Shown one piece after another: positions 49,178 through 54,917 of a stretch of 54,917 nucleotides of DNA. This stretch comes from a virus (lineage: Duplodnaviria > Caudoviricetes): positions 1-54,917 of the IMG/VR virus record IMGVR_UViG_3300020388_000022; one strand, 5' to 3'. Below the pieces are notes generated by a model. That model worked only from the letters and a program-made list of their open reading frames with translations. It did not search any database and had not been told where the DNA came from. The translations under genes were made by a program, and so were the position numbers. Numbering within the stretch: position 1 is the stretch's first letter; every line of letters starts with the position of its first letter.

Positions 49178-49320
49178 ATGAATACGAAATTAGAGACAAG
49201 GTTGGTGCTCCAACCATAGCTGAAGAGCTAGAAGCAGAAGCAAGAGCACAAAGAAATGAATGTGTATGCGGTACAATAGATTGTGCAACCGAATACTCAT
49301 GTCACACAATGGGATGGTAA
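49174..49320 (+). CDS. 48-aa Cys/His-rich protein, not in ORF track
   Basis: MNEYEIRDKV...ECVCGTIDCATEYSCHTMGW; AGGAG RBS, ATGA overlap. Confidence 0.55.
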   Translation: MNEYEIRDKVGAPTIAEELEAEARAQRNECVCGTIDCATEYSCHTMGW

Positions 49321-49321
49321 T

Positions 49322-49501
49322 ATGAAAGCAATATTAAACGAAAAAGAATATAAAGAGTTCACTCAAAAAGTGGATATCTGTAGTACTAAGGGAACTGAGG
49401 TTCCTCATGTAGTAACACATAATAAAGAATCCAAGACCTTTGAAGTAGAACTTCTAGGTAATCCAGATTTATCACATTTAGATAGTTTAACGGAAGTGTG
49501 A
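49322..49501 (+). CDS. Small hypothetical protein
   Basis: MKAILNEKEYKEF...; tightly packed between neighbours. Confidence 0.55.
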   Translation: MKAILNEKEYKEFTQKVDICSTKGTEVPHVVTHNKESKTFEVELLGNPDLSHLDSLTEV

Positions 49502-49677
49502 TGGAAGTTATGCTAATTATATTCTTTATTTGCGTTATAGGTTGTGGTTACACATCTTTCCAATTAGGATATAAACAAGGCGTAAGAACTGGTGCAGAAA
49601 ATACTGTCGATGTCTTACACGAAAATAAAATCATTCGCTATAATCACAAAGGCGAAATCAGACCTTACAACAAGTAG
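49501..49677 (+). CDS. 58-aa membrane-anchored protein, not in ORF track
   Basis: MEVMLIIFFICVIGCGYTSFQLGYKQG...; TGATG coupling. Confidence 0.55.
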   Translation: MEVMLIIFFICVIGCGYTSFQLGYKQGVRTGAENTVDVLHENKIIRYNHKGEIRPYNK

Positions 49678-49703
49678 TTGACAAAAACTGAAATCTCTGT
49701 TAT

Positions 49704-49711
49704 TATAAATA
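49704..49711 (+). promoter_or_regulatory. Late promoter heading the putative internal-protein operon
   Basis: Intergenic TATAAATA upstream of 49734. Confidence 0.8.
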
Positions 49712-49733
49712 GATTAATACAAATGGAGATAAC

Positions 49734-50843
49734 ATGATTAGGTTTAAATCTTATATATACGAAGCCAGTCTAGCTGGTAATACAACTAAACATAAAAGAA
49801 AAACGGCTAATAAAAGTTCAGGTGCTTGGTATCAATATATAGAATTGAATCCAGACTTAAAAACATTAAAAATGGAAGCTCCATCTTTTCTTTATCAATT
49901 AGATGGTACTTTATCTGGTGAAGAAATTAAAAAAGGTGAAGAAGTAGAAATAATTGGTCGTGAAGAAAAAACATTAACAGCAAACTCAAGAGGTTCTTTA
50001 TTAGCACATATAAAATATAAAAGAAAAGAATATAGAGTACCTCTTACAAAAATATTAAAGCCATCAGGTAAAGAAGTTAAACCTATTGAAGCAAACCTTG
50101 ATGATAAAGAAAAACCAGGTGTCTTTGCAAACTTCAAAGCAGGTCATGGTCACGAATCACAATTCGTTCAAAGATGGATTAATAGTTCTGGAACCCTATG
50201 GGAATTCCAATATAAAGGTAAAGAATATAAAATTACTTATATAGGTGCACCTCAAACTAAAACAAGAGGTAATCCAAAAACAGATGTTGCAATAGAATTA
50301 GATAGTAAAATACCAGGTTATGGTGATAAACTTTATTATAGTTTAAAAGATGAAAATGCAACATACTTTGAAAATTGGATGTTACCTTCTAGGTTTGAAA
50401 AATTATTTGGTAAAAAATCTAAAGCCTATATTGAAGATGCTTATAAGCAATTAAATAAAAATAATAAGATAGGTGGTTCAGGATATAAATCAATAACCGT
50501 TTGTTCTTTTGTTAAAAGCAAACCATACAATGGTCCTAAGTTAGATACAAAACAAAACATAGAAGCACTATCAGGTGCAGGTAAATTTGGTAAAACTGAT
50601 GCAACTGCAAATATCTTTTTTGCCGGTGCAGTACCAGATACCATAGCAGAAATAATTGAAGCTTCTAGTACAGTAAAAGATATGGCCAAAAAGGCAGACC
50701 TTGGTATATCATTTAGAGGCTCAAACGATATTAAAACTTCTTCTATCTTTATTAAGAATGATGAAGGTGGTTGGGATATAAGAGAAAATTGGATAGACCA
50801 AAAAGGATTTAAACTAGATAAGAGCATGGGCCAAAGTAAATGA
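49734..50843 (+). CDS. Hypothetical protein, possible PD-(D/E)xK nuclease
   Basis: GHGHE...NPKTDVAI...YYSLK pattern; N-terminus MIRFKSYIYEA. Confidence 0.55.
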   Translation: MIRFKSYIYEASLAGNTTKHKRKTANKSSGAWYQYIELNPDLKTLKMEAPSFLYQLDGTLSGEEIKKGEEVEIIGREEKTLTANSRGSLLAHIKYKRKEYRVPLTKILKPSGKEVKPIEANLDDKEKPGVFANFKAGHGHESQFVQRWINSSGTLWEFQYKGKEYKITYIGAPQTKTRGNPKTDVAIELDSKIPGYGDKLYYSLKDENATYFENWMLPSRFEKLFGKKSKAYIEDAYKQLNKNNKIGGSGYKSITVCSFVKSKPYNGPKLDTKQNIEALSGAGKFGKTDATANIFFAGAVPDTIAEIIEASSTVKDMAKKADLGISFRGSNDIKTSSIFIKNDEGGWDIRENWIDQKGFKLDKSMGQSK

Positions 50844-51475
50844 AAAATTTTACAAACTATTTTGAAGAGGCTCGCAATATGGTTTTTAAACCTCAGGCTG
50901 AATTAAAACCAGCTAAATACGAGAACCTAGAAATATTTGTAGAAGGTTGGCAAGAAATACAATTACCGACGCCACCAAATGAAGAAGTTGAAATTGATAA
51001 AGTTATCTTAGCAGTACAACAATCTACTGATCAAGATAGAGCAGAATATAAAAATTGTGATGAAGATGCATCATATTATATAAAAGAGTATATGGACAAG
51101 AAAGGTTTAGAATATGAAATGAAAAATATAGAATACATTGAAGAGCAATGCGTTCCTATTATTAGACATTACAAAAATTATTATAATAGACCAAGACCAT
51201 ATCAAGTAGCAAAGAAGATGAATAAAGTATTAAATAGATTTAGTACTGATTCTGCAAGTACACCTGCATATCCATCAGGTCATACTACACAGCCATTCAT
51301 CGTTGCATATCATTATGGAAAACTATATCCAGAGCATAGAGATCAACTCTTAGAGGCTGCTAAAATATGTGGATATGGAAGAGTAATCGCAGGTTTACAT
51401 TATCCATCAGACTATGAGGCTGGTGTATTACTTGCAAAGAAACTTATGGAACATATGAACCATGATAAATTTTAA
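50840..51475 (+). CDS. PAP2-family phosphatase
   Basis: KNYYNRPRP, PAYPSGH, GRVIAGLHYPSD. Confidence 0.88.
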   Translation: MKNFTNYFEEARNMVFKPQAELKPAKYENLEIFVEGWQEIQLPTPPNEEVEIDKVILAVQQSTDQDRAEYKNCDEDASYYIKEYMDKKGLEYEMKNIEYIEEQCVPIIRHYKNYYNRPRPYQVAKKMNKVLNRFSTDSASTPAYPSGHTTQPFIVAYHYGKLYPEHRDQLLEAAKICGYGRVIAGLHYPSDYEAGVLLAKKLMEHMNHDKF

Positions 51476-52700
51476 TACTTATTTAACCGAAGCAAAAAAT
51501 ACTCACATGACACACATTGAGGATTTAGTGCTAGACGGTGGAGTTAAGGGGGCCCGCCAGGCTATTCTTGCACTGAGATCGATGCGAGATATGTTGAGCG
51601 GTAATGTGAAAGCACCAATAGACATTACCACAAAGTGGGACGGGGCTCCCGCCTTATTCGTAGGAACTGATCCAAGTGATGGTCAGTTCTTCGTAGCGAA
51701 GAAAGGTATTTTTGCCAAAACACCTAAAGTGTATAAGAATCATGACGATATTGATGCAGATACATCTGGTGACCTTAACAAAAAGCTTAAGTTGGCATAC
51801 GATAAGTTAAAAGACCTTGGTATTAAAGACGTAATACAAGGCGACTTTATGTTTGAAAAGAAAGATTTAAAAGACGAAAAGATAAATGGTGAAACACATA
51901 CAACCTTTCACCCAAATACAATTGTCTATGCCGTTCCTAAAACATCTAACTTAGGTAAAGCAATTAATAAAGCTGATATCGGAATTGTTTGGCATACTAA
52001 ATATTCAGGAACAACATTTGAAAATATGACAGCAGAGTTTGGTGTAGATATTGTAAAAGATATTCCAAAGAAAACATCAAAGGTATGGATGGTTGATGCA
52101 ACCCTTCGTGATCTCTCTGGTACTGCAACATTAACAGATAAGGAAACAACACAATTAAATGCGAACTTATCAGCAGCTGGTGCTACATTTAGAAAAATAT
52201 CAGCTGGTGTATTAAAAGATATAGAAGAAAATAAAGAACTTAACTTAATCTTAAATATATACAATAATGTTGCAGTAAGAAAAGGCACGAGAATAAAAAA
52301 TACTAAATCTCATGCTACTGGTTTAATACAATATGTGAAGAGTAGGTATGCAAAAGAGATAGATAAAAGGTCGTCAGATAAAGGAAAACAAAAACAAAAA
52401 GACAATCGTGATGAATTATTAAAGTTTTTTAGTTCAAGTAATGTAAAAAACTTAAAATTAATCTATGATTTACAGAATTATTTGATTAATGGCAAATTAA
52501 TTATTATAAATAAACTAAACGAACTATCAAAAATTGATACATTCGTTAAAACAAAATCCGGGTTTAAAGTTACCGGCGTAGAAGGCTTTGTAGCTATAGA
52601 CCAAACGGAAGGTGGAGCTGTTAAATTAGTTGATAGAATGGAATTCTCAACTAATAATTTCAGCGCTGATATTATAAAAGGCTGGGATAATCCTGGCTAA
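51462..52700 (+). CDS. DUF6267-like protein with ligase-type nucleotidyltransferase motifs
   Basis: KNTHMTHIEDL, TKWDGAP (KxDG), QGDFMF, EGFVA, VKLVDR. Confidence 0.72.
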   Translation: MINFNTYLTEAKNTHMTHIEDLVLDGGVKGARQAILALRSMRDMLSGNVKAPIDITTKWDGAPALFVGTDPSDGQFFVAKKGIFAKTPKVYKNHDDIDADTSGDLNKKLKLAYDKLKDLGIKDVIQGDFMFEKKDLKDEKINGETHTTFHPNTIVYAVPKTSNLGKAINKADIGIVWHTKYSGTTFENMTAEFGVDIVKDIPKKTSKVWMVDATLRDLSGTATLTDKETTQLNANLSAAGATFRKISAGVLKDIEENKELNLILNIYNNVAVRKGTRIKNTKSHATGLIQYVKSRYAKEIDKRSSDKGKQKQKDNRDELLKFFSSSNVKNLKLIYDLQNYLINGKLIIINKLNELSKIDTFVKTKSGFKVTGVEGFVAIDQTEGGAVKLVDRMEFSTNNFSADIIKGWDNPG

Positions 52701-52719
52701 TGGGAAACCGAGGATATAA

Positions 52720-54102
52720 ATGTCGATACAATCATTTAGTGATTATGTAGTTGAGTCGAGTAAAGAAGTAACCTTTACTTTTGGAAGATATAATCCACCA
52801 ACTATTGGTCATGAAATATTATTTAATAAACTGAAAGCAGTTGCCCGTGCTGGCAACTATCGCGTGTATGCTTCACAAACAGAAGAAGCAAAAAAGAATC
52901 CTTTACCATATAAAGATAAAATAAAATTTCTAAGAAAAATGTTTCCAAAACATGCTAGAAATATAATACAAAACACTAGTGTTAAAAATGTATTTGATGT
53001 TCTAGTTAATTTATATGATGAAGGCTTTAAAAGAGTAACAATGGTTGTTGGCTCTGATAGAGTAAAAGAATTTGAGATATTAATAAACAAATACAACGGA
53101 CTAAAGGGAAGACACGGTTTTTATAAACTAAATCTTAACGTAGTAAGTGCCGGTGAGAGAGACCCGGATTCAGATGGTGCCGATGGCATGTCAGCCTCGA
53201 AAATGAGAATGGCCGCTCAACAGAATGACTTGAAGTCATTTAGCGATGGATTACCGAAAAACTTTAAAGGGACTGAAGATTTATTTAATGCTGTACGTAT
53301 AGGTATGGGATTAACAGAAAGTAAATCTTTCAGGAAGCACATAGAACTTCCACCTGTTTCTGAAACAAGGGAAGAATATGTAGAAGGCAGTCTCTTTAAG
53401 GTTGGTGATCTAATTCAAATAAAAGAAGATGGAGCTCGAGGTAAGATTATACATTGTGGTTCTAATTATTTAATGATCGAATCAAACAATATAAGAAAAA
53501 GAGTTTGGTTAGATGCTGTAGAAAATATACAAGAGTATAATGAAATAGGTACAGCTAAGACATTAAGAAAATATCTTAAAATGACTCCACAAAGAGAAGG
53601 TCAAGACCCAGATATAAAAGATAGAAAGGGCACACAACCAAAAGGTTATTTTGCTAAAGATGCAGAAGGTAAGAAGATGGCTAAGTCTACAAAGGCTGCA
53701 AGAGATAGACACTTTAAGAAAGGTGCAAAGATGGACGATGATAATCCAGCAGCTTATAAGCCAGCACCAGGTGATGCTACAGCAAAAACAAAACAATCAA
53801 AACACACTAAAAAATTCAAACAAATGTATGGAGAGATGGCAGATCATCTCACGTTTGAAGATTTTATAATTAACGAACAAGACGCTGATTCAGCTCTCAA
53901 AAAGAAAGCTGATAAGTCTGGTATGCCTTTAGGAATACTTAAACAAGTATTTAAGAGAGGAGTAGCAGCATGGCGTACAGGACATAGACCAGGAACGAAT
54001 TCAGTACAATGGGGATTAGCACGAGTTAATTCTTTTGTAACAAAATCATCTGGAACATGGGGTAAGGCTGATAAAGATTTAGCCGCTAAAGTAAGAGGAT
54101 AA
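52720..54102 (+). CDS. Cytidylyltransferase-like (HxGH-superfamily) protein with extra C-terminal domains
   Basis: TFGRYNPPTIGHE, VVGSDRV, SAGERDPD, MSASKMR; C-terminal RGVAAWRTGHRPG...WGLARVNSF domain. Confidence 0.82.
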   Translation: MSIQSFSDYVVESSKEVTFTFGRYNPPTIGHEILFNKLKAVARAGNYRVYASQTEEAKKNPLPYKDKIKFLRKMFPKHARNIIQNTSVKNVFDVLVNLYDEGFKRVTMVVGSDRVKEFEILINKYNGLKGRHGFYKLNLNVVSAGERDPDSDGADGMSASKMRMAAQQNDLKSFSDGLPKNFKGTEDLFNAVRIGMGLTESKSFRKHIELPPVSETREEYVEGSLFKVGDLIQIKEDGARGKIIHCGSNYLMIESNNIRKRVWLDAVENIQEYNEIGTAKTLRKYLKMTPQREGQDPDIKDRKGTQPKGYFAKDAEGKKMAKSTKAARDRHFKKGAKMDDDNPAAYKPAPGDATAKTKQSKHTKKFKQMYGEMADHLTFEDFIINEQDADSALKKKADKSGMPLGILKQVFKRGVAAWRTGHRPGTNSVQWGLARVNSFVTKSSGTWGKADKDLAAKVRG

Positions 54103-54106
54103 AAAA

Positions 54107-54917
54107 ATGAAATTTAAAGATATAAGAGAAAAATATAGAAGTAAGTTCCCGACTTCTCTCGTTGCAGCAGCAGTTAAGATTGCTCTTGACATGGGCGGCA
54201 ATATGACAGGGGCGTATAAAAAAATTGAAGCTATGAAACGTGGGTTAGGGGACGATCCTGCAGTGAAAGATGCTTTAAGATTAGCAAATGAGTCAGTAAG
54301 TGAAGACTTTGCTCCAAGAGCTTTAAACTCTCTAGGTGCAAAAAATTATTCAATGACTTTCACTAAAGCTCAACCAAAAAGTTTAGCTAAGTTTTTGAGT
54401 ATGATAAAAGGTCAAGAGAAATTTGGCGCTGGAATAAAAGTAAAAAATGTTAAGAAAGGCGTAAAAGGTTCTACCATTGTGAATTTCACATCAGGTAGCA
54501 ATTTACAAATTACAGCTCTTCAAAATGCTTTGAATAAAATAATGGACCAATTTAATGAATCTTTTTCTAATACACAAGAAAGTCTTGCAGCTCTTGAAGA
54601 AAAAGTAATTACCTTTGGTTATACCTTTTTTGATACAAAGAGCTTAAACTCTTTTATGAAAAAAGCACTTAAGTTAAAAGGACTTACAATTATAGATAGT
54701 GACAAAAAAGCAGGTGGTCATTTCGTAGTTAAAGTACAAGGTGAAAAGAACGTTGTAGCTCAAGCTAATTCATTAGCAATTCAAGCTCAAAGTGAATCTG
54801 TAAAAAAGCTTGAAGCCACTTCACAAAATGAATCTGTAGAAGTGGTAACTGAAGCATATTCTAAAAATTTAACTGATAAAGATGTAGATGCTCAATTTAA
54901 ATCCATGAGAGACCCTG
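54107..54917 (+). CDS. Partial ORF running off the window; probable internal head protein
   Basis: Open frame MKFKDIREKYRSKF... to the window end, with several hydrophobic-x-E sites (ANES, FNES, LEEK, VTEA). Confidence 0.6.
   Translation, partial: MKFKDIREKYRSKFPTSLVAAAVKIALDMGGNMTGAYKKIEAMKRGLGDDPAVKDALRLANESVSEDFAPRALNSLGAKNYSMTFTKAQPKSLAKFLSMIKGQEKFGAGIKVKNVKKGVKGSTIVNFTSGSNLQITALQNALNKIMDQFNESFSNTQESLAALEEKVITFGYTFFDTKSLNSFMKKALKLKGLTIIDSDKKAGGHFVVKVQGEKNVVAQANSLAIQAQSESVKKLEATSQNESVEVVTEAYSKNLTDKDVDAQFKSMRDP

Noticed and set aside
2388-53869. Minus-strand and nested alternative-frame ORFs in the track (e.g. 11727-12341, 27109-27333, 34692-34973, 53651-53869)
   Set aside because: They lie within well-supported + strand genes and show no recognisable motifs; treated as shadow ORFs.
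1-54917. Stop-codon reassignment
   Set aside because: Core genes are full length in the standard code and end in TAA, TAG or TGA.

Overview
AT-rich fragment of a T4-like myovirus genome, probably marine or aquatic; the bS21, IbpA and RimK sequences suggest a gammaproteobacterial host (inference). All supported genes are on the + strand. Order: 3' part of a tail-fibre gene; neck, terminase, tail and head module (gp13-gp23, gp3) with a RimK/aspartic-protease fusion between gp17 and gp18; uvsY, uvsW, gp55, gp47, gp46; a VWA-peptidase/MoxR (CobS-like) pair; replisome genes (gp45, gp44, gp62, regA, gp43, an AEP-type primase, uvsX, gp41); Hsp20, GroES and ribosomal protein bS21. Main points of interest: (1) a cytosine hypermodification cluster at 38164-45540 with gp42 dCMP hydroxymethylase, two DNA glycosyltransferases, its own sugar-activation enzymes and a C5-methyltransferase-fold protein with altered cofactor motifs; (2) a set of late enzymes sharing a T4-like capsid-targeting N-terminus; (3) three promoter classes, one carrying an identical 20-bp PhoB-box-like operator; (4) apparently leaderless genes, a ROSE-like thermometer and candidate structured RNAs. 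All family calls come from motif recognition by eye; no database search or folding calculation was run.
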